Shown here in pieces: positions 41,287-49,646 of a stretch of DNA of 64,000 nt. The first letter of the stretch is position 1, and each line of letters begins with the position of its first letter. The stretch is from the IMG/VR virus record IMGVR_UViG_3300033149_005152, positions 34,586-98,585 of that record. One strand, given 5' to 3'. Source of the stretch: a virus. The position numbers and the translations under genes are program-made. A model generated the notes under the pieces. The model was not told the origin of the DNA. It did no database searches and saw only the letters and a program-made list of their open reading frames with translations.

Positions 41287-41594
41287 TTATCTCCACCATT
41301 ATTCATTCTATATTCTCGTGGATAAACCGATTTTAATATTTGCTTAATCAAGGCAATATCAATGTTCATTTTATTTAATTCCTTACGAATTTCTTCTTGA
41401 CTTTCATGATGTTTACAAATTAAATCATCAAACTTTTTTTCAAATTTTTCATCAAATTTCTTCAAACTAATTATTTTACTTTCAGCAACCGCAAATTTAT
41501 TACAATTATATACAATACCACCAATTACAGTAATTAATAAAAAGACAACAGAAATAATAAGTGTACCCCAATTAAATATTTTTTGGTTTTGCAA
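41283..41594 (-). CDS. membrane-anchored coiled-coil protein (holin-like)
   Basis: Single N-terminal TM segment plus coiled coil. Confidence 0.5.
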   Translation of the reverse strand: MQNQKIFNWGTLIISVVFLLITVIGGIVYNCNKFAVAESKIISLKKFDEKFEKKFDDLICKHHESQEEIRKELNKMNIDIALIKQILKSVYPREYRMNNGGDK

Positions 41595-41597
41595 CTT

Positions 41598-44500
41598 TTA
41601 CATTCGCCCCCTTAACATTTTATTTAATTCCCTCTTTTCAGAATAATTTCTCATCACGCTATCTATACTTATTCTTCCAATCAATCCCTGCTCTTGAGCA
41701 AGTAATTTCTGAAAACTAGGAGCATCAACAGCACTAATATTAATCACGGTTATTCCAGACTCAGGTTCAATTCCTCCACCAGTATTCGCTCTTTCAACAG
41801 AAGTACGCCCCAATGCTTTTACAGCATTAGCATTAAGAATATACTCCCCTGAATGAATTGTGGCTAATCCGGATTTAGAAACATAACCTCCTGCTTGATG
41901 ACTATCAGGTATTCCCGAAGGAGTTAACAAATCAGTTACCTTTATAGGAGCTTTACCACCACCAACCTTACTATCACCACTAGGAAAAAGACCCATACCC
42001 CATTCAAGAAGTTTAAAAGCCATAAGCTGGGCAATCATCTTATTTAACGATCTTAAAAAATTTATTGCAAATTGCTTCCAAACATTATCTGCCTCTTTAA
42101 TATTTTCAGTCATATCCGCAAAGGCATCACCCAATCCCAAAACCGTTTGTTTAGCCATATCAGTAATAGCCTTTCCATATTCATATCTCCATGTTTTTAT
42201 ATCATCTTTAGATTCTTCAAAATGTTCTTTCATAGAATCCCAAATAGATATATTTTGAATTCTTGCTTTTTCTGCTTGAGCATATCTTAAAGAAGCAAGG
42301 CCAACTTCATCCCTTCGCATAATGGCTAACATCTTTTTCCGATGTATATATTCATCTTCCGTAATTTGTTTCATCTTTCGTGCATGTTCCAAAGCTAAAT
42401 CTTCTAATTCTCGATTTATTTGTTCTTCATGTGATTTAATTATATCATCAATTCGTAATTTAGTATTTTTTATTTCTTCATCAATAAGCTTCAATTGTTC
42501 CCCATATTGTTTTACCACTTTTAAATGATCTTTATAATCCATTTTTAATATTTTATACTTTTCTTCTTCAAATATTAAGAGTGAAGCAATTATATTTTTT
42601 CTTCTTTCTAATGCATCTAATTGTATTTCGCCCAATTTTTCCTGATAAACTTTTTCACTAATTTGATTAGTCGCTCTTAAACGATCCAATCTCACCCTTT
42701 CTCTCTCATCCATCTTTGTTTCCAAATCATTCCTGGCTTCCAATTCATCTTTTAATTCTTGCATTATTCTTTCGGCATCTTCCTTTCGTGCCGCACCTAT
42801 AGTAGATATTTCCTCATATTTTAAATTAATAAGTTTTTGAGCATATTCCTTTCTCCAAAGTTCTGCTCGATGAAAAAAGTCTTTCCTCTCGTCTTCGCTT
42901 ATTTTAGCAGCTTTCATATCTACCTTATACGCTATTACTCTTTGTTTATGCCGCATAAGTTCAGCATCTAATTCCTTCTTAGCCAATTCCATAACTCCTT
43001 TTGCATATTCTTCCTGAGACATTCTACCTTTTCTTAACTCTTGATCTAATTTTCCTCTTTCTTCTGCAATTTTATTTACAGAATCATGATAAGCTAATTC
43101 AAATGCCCTAAAATTCTCTTCTATTCTTCTAGCCGCAGCTTCAGGAGAATCCTCAATAGGTTGTAATGTAGCCAATACCTTTGAAGTTAATGGAAACTCA
43201 GCTTCCTTTATCAACTCTTTAAGCTCTTCTCCTGCTTTTATCACTTCCACTTTGAGCTTTGTTATACGTTTATCACGCTTTTCTTGATATTCCTCTGGAC
43301 CAAAAAGCATATCAAGAAGAAAATTTCTAGGCCCTTTTCTATACTTATCACCTTCTTTAGTAGCTTTTCTTGCCTTTTTACCCAACTCCTCATAGGCCGA
43401 AAAATATTTGGCACTTAACTTCTTCAAACCAACCTCAAAAGATTTAGCCATAATTTCAAAAGAAGAAGTAAAATATCCAGCAGATGCTTTAGAAGCATCC
43501 TCCATAGCACTACCAATTATTGACAATTCATCCTTTAATTCAGATAGGGCTTTACTTTCTTTTTTTATCTCTTTCGTATACTCCTTTGTATAACCTATGG
43601 ACCTTAATATTGCTTTTTCATCTTCTTTTTTTGCTTCTCTAAGCATCCCAAATAATTTAATAATAGCAGGCAAACTAACTTTATAAAGAATATAAAGAAG
43701 TGTCATCCATGCCGTTAAAGGAACAATCATCCTTGCTATAACAGCAGCAAGCATAACAAATCTAGTATAAAGAAATGTTAAAGACTTAAGAAGCACTCCC
43801 CTAATTAATGCCCCTAAAGTAGCCCCTTGAAGAGCTAATCCAGCTAATTTAACCTTCGTTTTTTCTGCCGCTTTACCAAGAACAGGAAATTTTTTAGCAA
43901 CTCTATCTACTGAAACAAAAATACCACCAAAAATAGCCGGAATTTTAAGATGTAAAATATACTTTGCAAATTTAATAAGCTGAGCAACAACCAAAAAACC
44001 AAAAGCAAATTTCAAAGCCTTACCAAATATTAACAAGGATGTTCCAATAAATCTATAAGCTTCACCTATAGCCCTCAAAACATTTGGAGGTATTTTTAAA
44101 ATAGCATCCGCAAATTTATTTAAAACCTCGTACCATACCATAAAAACACTTTCAGAAGGTTTTCCACCAAGTTTCTGTGCTATCAATTCTAAATTAGAAT
44201 GAAATAACTTTATCTGACCCGCCAAAGTCTCAACATTCGCCTGCATTGATTTTCCAAAAAATCTATCTAATATCTCTCTCAATGCCCTATACCTAACAAC
44301 ACTTTTTTCCACCTTTGTAAGACCTTTCCAAGATTTACCAAGTTCTTCTGTAAATTTTTCAACTTCATGCCCTGTTGAACCTAAATCAATACCATAACTT
44401 CTTAAATGCTGAGGAATGCCTTTAAAAGCCATATTTACTGCATCAATTATATCTAAAAAAGCACCTGGTTGACCAATAGAAGTAGCAAAATCAGAAATTC

Positions 44501-45146
44501 TTTCAATCAATTTGAAAATTTGATCAGCAGACATACCAGAAACTCTTGACATCTCTAACATGATCAATGTGCCTTGACTCAAAATTGCATTACTAATTCC
44601 AGTTACTCTATGCAAATCCTGCATTCTATCAACTATTTGATCTAAATTATGAGATAATGGTCCGGTAGTTTTCTCATAAATTTCCATTTGGGTTTTCAAT
44701 CCAAAAATAATTGTTTCTTGCTCCATAGCTGCTTCAGTCCATTGAGCAGAAGTAGCTAACAAATTTTTACCTATAACCTCGCTTAGATTACTAATTCCCA
44801 ACGTTAAAAGACCAACCTGCGCTGTCAATCCAAATGATAACTCACTTAACTTTAAAAAACCAGGAGCTAAAACAGCCACACTTCCACCAAGTGCTTGCGC
44901 AGAAACCCCCGCAGCACCAAAAACAGCAGAAACCCCCAACAATTTAGTTGCTAAATTAGTTAAAGTTTTTCCAAAAATATTATGAAGGGCTAAATCAGTC
45001 TTATGTAATTCATGACCAGTATGAATTACTTCTTTTTTGAATTCACGTAATGCTTTTGTACTCCCGTCAGCATCAACACCAAGCTTATAGGTAAATTTTC
45101 CAATAATATTTTCAAGCAAAACCAACACTCCCCATGTATTGCTCAT
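41598..45146 (-). CDS. tape measure protein
   Basis: 1182-aa helical protein with hydrophobic segments, HQAGGYV...AT.HSGEYILNA.AV C-terminal motif; position after the chaperone. Confidence 0.9.
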   Translation of the reverse strand: MSNTWGVLVLLENIIGKFTYKLGVDADGSTKALREFKKEVIHTGHELHKTDLALHNIFGKTLTNLATKLLGVSAVFGAAGVSAQALGGSVAVLAPGFLKLSELSFGLTAQVGLLTLGISNLSEVIGKNLLATSAQWTEAAMEQETIIFGLKTQMEIYEKTTGPLSHNLDQIVDRMQDLHRVTGISNAILSQGTLIMLEMSRVSGMSADQIFKLIERISDFATSIGQPGAFLDIIDAVNMAFKGIPQHLRSYGIDLGSTGHEVEKFTEELGKSWKGLTKVEKSVVRYRALREILDRFFGKSMQANVETLAGQIKLFHSNLELIAQKLGGKPSESVFMVWYEVLNKFADAILKIPPNVLRAIGEAYRFIGTSLLIFGKALKFAFGFLVVAQLIKFAKYILHLKIPAIFGGIFVSVDRVAKKFPVLGKAAEKTKVKLAGLALQGATLGALIRGVLLKSLTFLYTRFVMLAAVIARMIVPLTAWMTLLYILYKVSLPAIIKLFGMLREAKKEDEKAILRSIGYTKEYTKEIKKESKALSELKDELSIIGSAMEDASKASAGYFTSSFEIMAKSFEVGLKKLSAKYFSAYEELGKKARKATKEGDKYRKGPRNFLLDMLFGPEEYQEKRDKRITKLKVEVIKAGEELKELIKEAEFPLTSKVLATLQPIEDSPEAAARRIEENFRAFELAYHDSVNKIAEERGKLDQELRKGRMSQEEYAKGVMELAKKELDAELMRHKQRVIAYKVDMKAAKISEDERKDFFHRAELWRKEYAQKLINLKYEEISTIGAARKEDAERIMQELKDELEARNDLETKMDERERVRLDRLRATNQISEKVYQEKLGEIQLDALERRKNIIASLLIFEEEKYKILKMDYKDHLKVVKQYGEQLKLIDEEIKNTKLRIDDIIKSHEEQINRELEDLALEHARKMKQITEDEYIHRKKMLAIMRRDEVGLASLRYAQAEKARIQNISIWDSMKEHFEESKDDIKTWRYEYGKAITDMAKQTVLGLGDAFADMTENIKEADNVWKQFAINFLRSLNKMIAQLMAFKLLEWGMGLFPSGDSKVGGGKAPIKVTDLLTPSGIPDSHQAGGYVSKSGLATIHSGEYILNANAVKALGRTSVERANTGGGIEPESGITVINISAVDAPSFQKLLAQEQGLIGRISIDSVMRNYSEKRELNKMLRGRM

Positions 45147-45429
45147 ATTCCTTACTTGTCATTTGTTTTATAGGTTTCGGCAATCGAGTAGCATTACTTG
45201 GCTTTTCAATACCAGAACTTTTCTCCATATCTTCATATCGCATATTATGCCCACAACTTAACAGTACTAATTGTCCCAGTGTATGCTCTCTAATTAATTG
45301 ATTAAAACCGATCCCCCATGTTTCACAAAAAGATTCAAAATTTACGAAGTAGGGATATTCTCTTCCAGATTTATCATGCCTGTCGCCTTCGCTCCGTGAA
45401 TAATGACTCGCAAGGGAAGTAGCAAAAAA
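45112..45429 (-). CDS. -1 frameshift extension of the tail chaperone (GT-like)
   Basis: T TTT TTG slippery heptamer at 45423-45429; -1 frame is open (FATSLASHYS...YFVNFESFCETWGIG...YMGSVGFA*) to TGA at 45112. Confidence 0.7.
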   Translation of the reverse strand, partial: FFATSLASHYSRSEGDRHDKSGREYPYFVNFESFCETWGIGFNQLIREHTLGQLVLLSCGHNMRYEDMEKSSGIEKPSNATRLPKPIKQMTSKEYEQYMGSVGFA

Positions 45430-45815
45430 TCGTTTTCACCATTTACCTCCAATTGAACCTCTATGAAATTAAGAAGCTCCGAAGTGGAACACTTGGAAGA
45501 TATTTCCTCCAAGGACAATCCCAATTTATAAAAATCTGCTATATTTCTTACAGCACTAATCAAAGCATCCATTATTTTCAAATCAAAATCAGGCGGTATA
45601 TTTTCTGGATTTTCAACATTTATAGTACTAGTAATTAACTCCCTTACCTCAGTTATATCTTTAGATATTTTCTTGGCGTTTGCAACGGGTAATGGATGCA
45701 ATTCAACTTCATTTCCGGCCAAAACTGCTTTTTTCGTATGCAATTCCGGAATCAAAACTTTATCTATTGTTTCCTCTAATTTTTTCTTATCGGAAAAATC
45801 TATCTCCTTAGTCAT
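45342..45815 (-). CDS. tail assembly chaperone (G-like)
   Basis: Position between MTP and TMP; slippery site present. Confidence 0.75.
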   Translation of the reverse strand: MTKEIDFSDKKKLEETIDKVLIPELHTKKAVLAGNEVELHPLPVANAKKISKDITEVRELITSTINVENPENIPPDFDLKIMDALISAVRNIADFYKLGLSLEEISSKCSTSELLNFIEVQLEVNGENDFLLLPLRVIIHGAKATGMINLEENIPTS

Positions 45816-45938
45816 ATGATCCTCCTATTTATTATTAAAATTTATTATTAAAAAATAAGTTTTCCTTCTCTTATAGAATAGAAATTTATTTCTTATTTAT
45901 TTTACCTTCTTTCCCAACCAGCCCCCACATTATTCTAA

Positions 45939-46208
45939 CTACAAGATGCGTCTCTTTTTTCTCCTCTGAGGAGATCGGCCGTATGCTATATAACCCCCAA
46001 TATGACTTCTTGCCTGCCTTATTCTACGCCTGCCCATTACAGAAGCATATTTTCTACCATAACGCAATCTTTCACCTATATTACGCCTCAAAGACCCCAC
46101 ACTCCTACGCCGTCCAGCAGGAAGTCTTGTATAGTATCTTCCAGCCCTTTTCCTTGCACTTCCAACTAAATTTATTAATTTTTTCAATAAAGAACTATAT
46201 GCAGCCAA
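45939..46208 (-). CDS. small Arg-rich protein (basic family member)
   Basis: GGAGG SD + TTG; KLINLV; IGGYIAYG + RRKKRR. Confidence 0.7.
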   Translation of the reverse strand: MAAYSSLLKKLINLVGSARKRAGRYYTRLPAGRRRSVGSLRRNIGERLRYGRKYASVMGRRRIRQARSHIGGYIAYGRSPQRRKKRRIL

Positions 46209-46241
46209 TCTACAATCCTCCTTTCATATTTTAAATTATTC

Positions 46242-47081
46242 TTATGGAGTAGTATCTTTAGGGAACCAATATCTCTCTCCAACTATGAGTTCACTATCCC
46301 CCTCATAATCCGTAGTAGTATAACCATAAGCATCTAAAGTAATAATAATTCTACCATCTTCGGTAGGTTTAATAGCCTCAGTCCATTCTCCACGAGGAGC
46401 CATCTGCCCAAAATCATGAACAAGCTGTACTCCATCAATAAAATCAGCAACTCCCAGCACATGAAACTTTTTGATTTTACTAGTTCCGAATGGAGCTTGA
46501 ATAACTGTTACTTTCTGAAGATTATGATCTACAGTAGGTGTAAGAGGAAATCCAGGAGTATAAAAATGCAACTCCAACCCATTTATGGAACAAATAACAG
46601 CAACATTATCCGTAGTCTTAATAAGAGATTCCGTATCAGTAGCTAAAACATCATTTACATAAAAATCTACTGATGGTGAAGCCTCTATGGTTACAACATA
46701 TGAAGTTGGAGTAGGTGTGCTTACTACACTCCAAGGAGTGGTAGCAAGAGTTTTTACGGGATCAGTATTCCCCAGTGCCCATTTCACCTTCTGATTTGAA
46801 TGAGAATGAAGTGCAAATGTAAATTCACCAGTAACACGGGTTACAGCCTCATATTGTAAAATCTGAGGAAGTCCAGTAGCAATTTGATACTTTTCACGAG
46901 TTATAGTCATAACTGGAGAATCTTCCACAACCGCCCCAAGATCAATAAAAGAAGTAGGCATCGTAGGAAGGTCAATTCTTGCAGGAGTCCAAGTAGTCGG
47001 ATAAGGTGCTACTAGTACTCTTTCGATACCTAAAGATACTTCTTTTTCGGAAAGTTCATTATTATAAGTTTTTCCAGCCAA
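46242..47081 (-). CDS. major tail (tube) protein
   Basis: SLGIERVLVAP...FIDLGAV; size and position between terminator and chaperone. Confidence 0.75.
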   Translation of the reverse strand: MAGKTYNNELSEKEVSLGIERVLVAPYPTTWTPARIDLPTMPTSFIDLGAVVEDSPVMTITREKYQIATGLPQILQYEAVTRVTGEFTFALHSHSNQKVKWALGNTDPVKTLATTPWSVVSTPTPTSYVVTIEASPSVDFYVNDVLATDTESLIKTTDNVAVICSINGLELHFYTPGFPLTPTVDHNLQKVTVIQAPFGTSKIKKFHVLGVADFIDGVQLVHDFGQMAPRGEWTEAIKPTEDGRIIITLDAYGYTTTDYEGDSELIVGERYWFPKDTTP

Positions 47082-47107
47082 TTATAAAGTCAGTCCTCCT
47101 TAAAATT

Positions 47108-47302
47108 TTATATTTTTTTCTTAAAACGTCTTTTTCCTAATAATTTTCTTGCTCTTTTCCTTGCTTTTTTCTTTCTTACTCTCTCAGGAAGGCTCAATCC
47201 TTTTGATGCTTTATCCCATTCAGCTACGACCTTAGAACTAATTTCACCTCTTTTTAACATGGCGTGAAATTTCCTCCGTTGTGCTTCAGATTTATATGGA
47301 AT
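47108..47302 (-). CDS. 64-aa basic protein (M)PYKSEAQRRKFHAM..., apparent ATT start
   Basis: Not in the ORF track; GAGGTG SD 7 nt before ATT CCA; open to TAA at 47108. Confidence 0.65.
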   Translation of the reverse strand: MPYKSEAQRRKFHAMLKRGEISSKVVAEWDKASKGLSLPERVRKKKARKRARKLLGKRRFKKKI

Positions 47303-47308
47303 TTTTAA

Positions 47309-47380
47309 TCACCTCTTTTTAGGTTTTCCCTTTCTTTTACTATATTTTAATTTTTGTCTTCTTTTGTGTTTCATAGGCAT
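47309..47380 (-). CDS. 23-aa protamine-like peptide MPMKHKRRQKLKYSKRKGKPKKR
   Basis: ATG immediately after the stop of the 47383 gene; fills the gap. Confidence 0.4.
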   Translation of the reverse strand: MPMKHKRRQKLKYSKRKGKPKKR

Positions 47381-47382
47381 TA

Positions 47383-47757
47383 TTAATATTTTTCCCTTTT
47401 TTTACGTTTTTTAGAAATTTTGGGGTGTCGCAACGTACCATACTTTTTATAAAGTGCAGCCGAACTTAATCCAGTCGCCCCTAAAACAGCAGCTATACCC
47501 CCGTATTTTTTAGCAATTCGTTTTCTCTCCGCCGTAAATGGAGTTACTCCATATTTGTATCTGCGCCTAGTTGATCTAACAGCTCCTCCAACTCTATCTT
47601 TTACACCTCTAATTTTACGCCCTACAGCAAATTTACCACGCCTTGCCTTTGAAAGAGCTTCCCTTCCATATCTAGCGGGCTTAGCCTTAATTTTGGCTAA
47701 AAGCCTTCTTAATTGACCGATTCTCTTCATTGATCTTGCCATATTCGTTAATGCCAT
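47383..47757 (-). CDS. Arg/Lys-rich protein (basic family member)
   Basis: QLRRLL; GGIAAVLGATGLSSAALY; K/R tail. Confidence 0.7.
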   Translation of the reverse strand: MALTNMARSMKRIGQLRRLLAKIKAKPARYGREALSKARRGKFAVGRKIRGVKDRVGGAVRSTRRRYKYGVTPFTAERKRIAKKYGGIAAVLGATGLSSAALYKKYGTLRHPKISKKRKKREKY

Positions 47758-47787
47758 TTATTAATTAGACCTCCCTTCTTAAATTTT

Positions 47788-47920
47788 TATAAATTAATAT
47801 CTTTTCTTTTTGCATTTTTTCCTATCTTTATATTTTCTGGCAAACAACCCAACTAAACCACCACCAACACTACCTATCAACTAAAAGTTCTCTCAATTTT
47901 GAAATATTTAATCTTGCCAC
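47788..47920 (-). pseudogene. decayed paralog of the 48626 basic protein
   Basis: GTG-ARLNISKLRELL then stop; other frames give IGSVGGGLVGVV and ARKYKDRKKCKRK. Confidence 0.6.
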
Positions 47921-47927
47921 TCTCCAA

Positions 47928-48308
47928 TTAGACCTCCTTAAAAATACAACTAAAATTTAACGTATAAATTACATTATTGTTCTGATCTCTGTAATTTGGG
48001 CCTGGCTGATGATCAGCTAAACATCTTCCCTCAAAAGTAGTTAAAAAATTCCATTTATTATCAAGTACAGAAAATACACTATCTGTTTTTGTTTTAGCAG
48101 AAGAATTTCTCGAATTTCTTATTAAAACCTGCAAATTAGGTTTAACAAGTGGATCATCAGCACTCCTAGACCCACCGGAAGCATATACAGCTACACAATT
48201 TGTAGGAGAACCTGGCATAATACCAGAAAAAATATCTATTCCAACAGTTCCTATTGCGGAATATTGTAAATATGTAGATAATTCTGTTAAAAAGTTATTT
48301 AAATTCAT
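47928..48308 (-). CDS. tail terminator / minor structural protein
   Basis: IF.G.MP.SP...VAVY..GG...P.LQVLIR...DQN...YTLNF pattern. Confidence 0.75.
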   Translation of the reverse strand: MNLNNFLTELSTYLQYSAIGTVGIDIFSGIMPGSPTNCVAVYASGGSRSADDPLVKPNLQVLIRNSRNSSAKTKTDSVFSVLDNKWNFLTTFEGRCLADHQPGPNYRDQNNNVIYTLNFSCIFKEV

Positions 48309-48541
48309 ACATTATCACCAGATATTTTTGCCCTATAAATTCCAGTATCAGACATAATCTTTTTTATTGAACCATCAAAATCATTAATAATTGTTTCCAT
48401 CTTTAGATTTTTTTCAATTTTCACATGCACAACATTCCCATCTTCAAATTTCACAGTGACAGCACCATAAAATTTCGAGTTAATAAGAGTATTTAGCAAT
48501 GTATTTACTGCATATGCTTGAGTTGTTTTGGGAATAGTCAT
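48305..48541 (-). CDS. DUF2292-like small protein
   Basis: FYGAVTVKFEDGNVVHVKIEKNLK. Confidence 0.55.
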   Translation of the reverse strand: MTIPKTTQAYAVNTLLNTLINSKFYGAVTVKFEDGNVVHVKIEKNLKMETIINDFDGSIKKIMSDTGIYRAKISGDNV

Positions 48542-48625
48542 TTTTATTTACTCCTTTAAATTAAATCCATTTTAAATCAAGAACTAAAATCTTTTAAAAT
48601 TTTTGAATACCTTTTCTTATTAAAC

Positions 48626-48877
48626 TTAATCTTTTTTCTTTTTCTTTCTTATGCGTTTTTTTAGAGCATAACCACCATATAAACCAGCACCTATTTCAGT
48701 AGCTAAACCCATTCTTTCATAACGTTTTGGATTTTTGAGATAGGACTGCCTAGCTTTACTTCTACCCAATCTTATGCGACTTCTCATAGCCACATTCTTC
48801 CTCCATGCATGGTATCTAGCTTTTTTCTTTAATTTAGATAAAAGTTCTCTTAATTTTCCAACATTCATTCTTGCCAT
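48626..48877 (-). CDS. small Arg/Lys-rich protein (basic family member)
   Basis: KLRELL; GLATEIGAGLYGGYAL; KKRIRKKKKKD. Confidence 0.7.
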   Translation of the reverse strand: MARMNVGKLRELLSKLKKKARYHAWRKNVAMRSRIRLGRSKARQSYLKNPKRYERMGLATEIGAGLYGGYALKKRIRKKKKKD

Positions 48878-48895
48878 TTGTTAGTTAAACCCCCC

Positions 48896-49612
48896 TTAAA
48901 TTAAATCATTATGTAATAAAATAGGCTTCTCATTCCGGTCAATAATAAGTGCTCCCAACTGCGGAACAGGATGTTTGGTCAACTCTCTGTGCAGCCATTC
49001 TATCCTATTATAATCGGCGCACATTCCCATTTCTACTGCCCAATATTTCCCGCTTCTATCCCGACCCATAGACCATTTATGCGTGTGTCCTACCGCAACA
49101 TTTTTATGAAACTTTTCGGACAATGTTTTAGCAGGTTCAGTATTCACCTGAGAATAATTTCCAGGATGTGCTATTAACCAAGTTTTTCCTACATACATCT
49201 GATGATGTTCATAAACATTTATCGCTTCATACGTGATCCATTCAAGAAACTTTTTAAATCTAATTTTACCTTCTAATTTTTTTGCTAATCTTTCATCATG
49301 ATTTCCAGGAAATACGTGTACTTCTCTAAATTTTGTTTTTAACCATTCTATTATTTGCCTACTCATATCTATTTCATCTTCCATCAACGAATCACTCAAT
49401 TTAGGAAAATTAGAAAAATGTTTCATATCAAATAAATCACCAGCAACAACTATTCTTCTTACTTTATGTCGTTTTGCTATTTTAACCACTTTTTCTATCC
49501 ACTGTGCATGGTGATAAGGAATATGTAAATCTCCTATAACTAAAACAGGTGTTGTTGTTTGAGGATATTGAGACCATATTTCTTTGGTTGATATAGGTAA
49601 ATTATTTTCCAA
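48896..49612 (-). CDS. calcineurin-like metallophosphoesterase
   Basis: GDLH, AGDLFD, GNHDER, GHTH. Confidence 0.88.
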   Translation of the reverse strand: MENNLPISTKEIWSQYPQTTTPVLVIGDLHIPYHHAQWIEKVVKIAKRHKVRRIVVAGDLFDMKHFSNFPKLSDSLMEDEIDMSRQIIEWLKTKFREVHVFPGNHDERLAKKLEGKIRFKKFLEWITYEAINVYEHHQMYVGKTWLIAHPGNYSQVNTEPAKTLSEKFHKNVAVGHTHKWSMGRDRSGKYWAVEMGMCADYNRIEWLHRELTKHPVPQLGALIIDRNEKPILLHNDLI

Positions 49613-49646
49613 CTTAGGTATTAAAATGACCTATCACCTCGTTTCT

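Noticed and set aside
47309-47311. Genome-wide TGA reassignment suggested by the in-frame TGA between two basic ORFs
   Set aside because: Long genes are intact under code 11 and several end in ATGA overlaps, so TGA acts as a stop.
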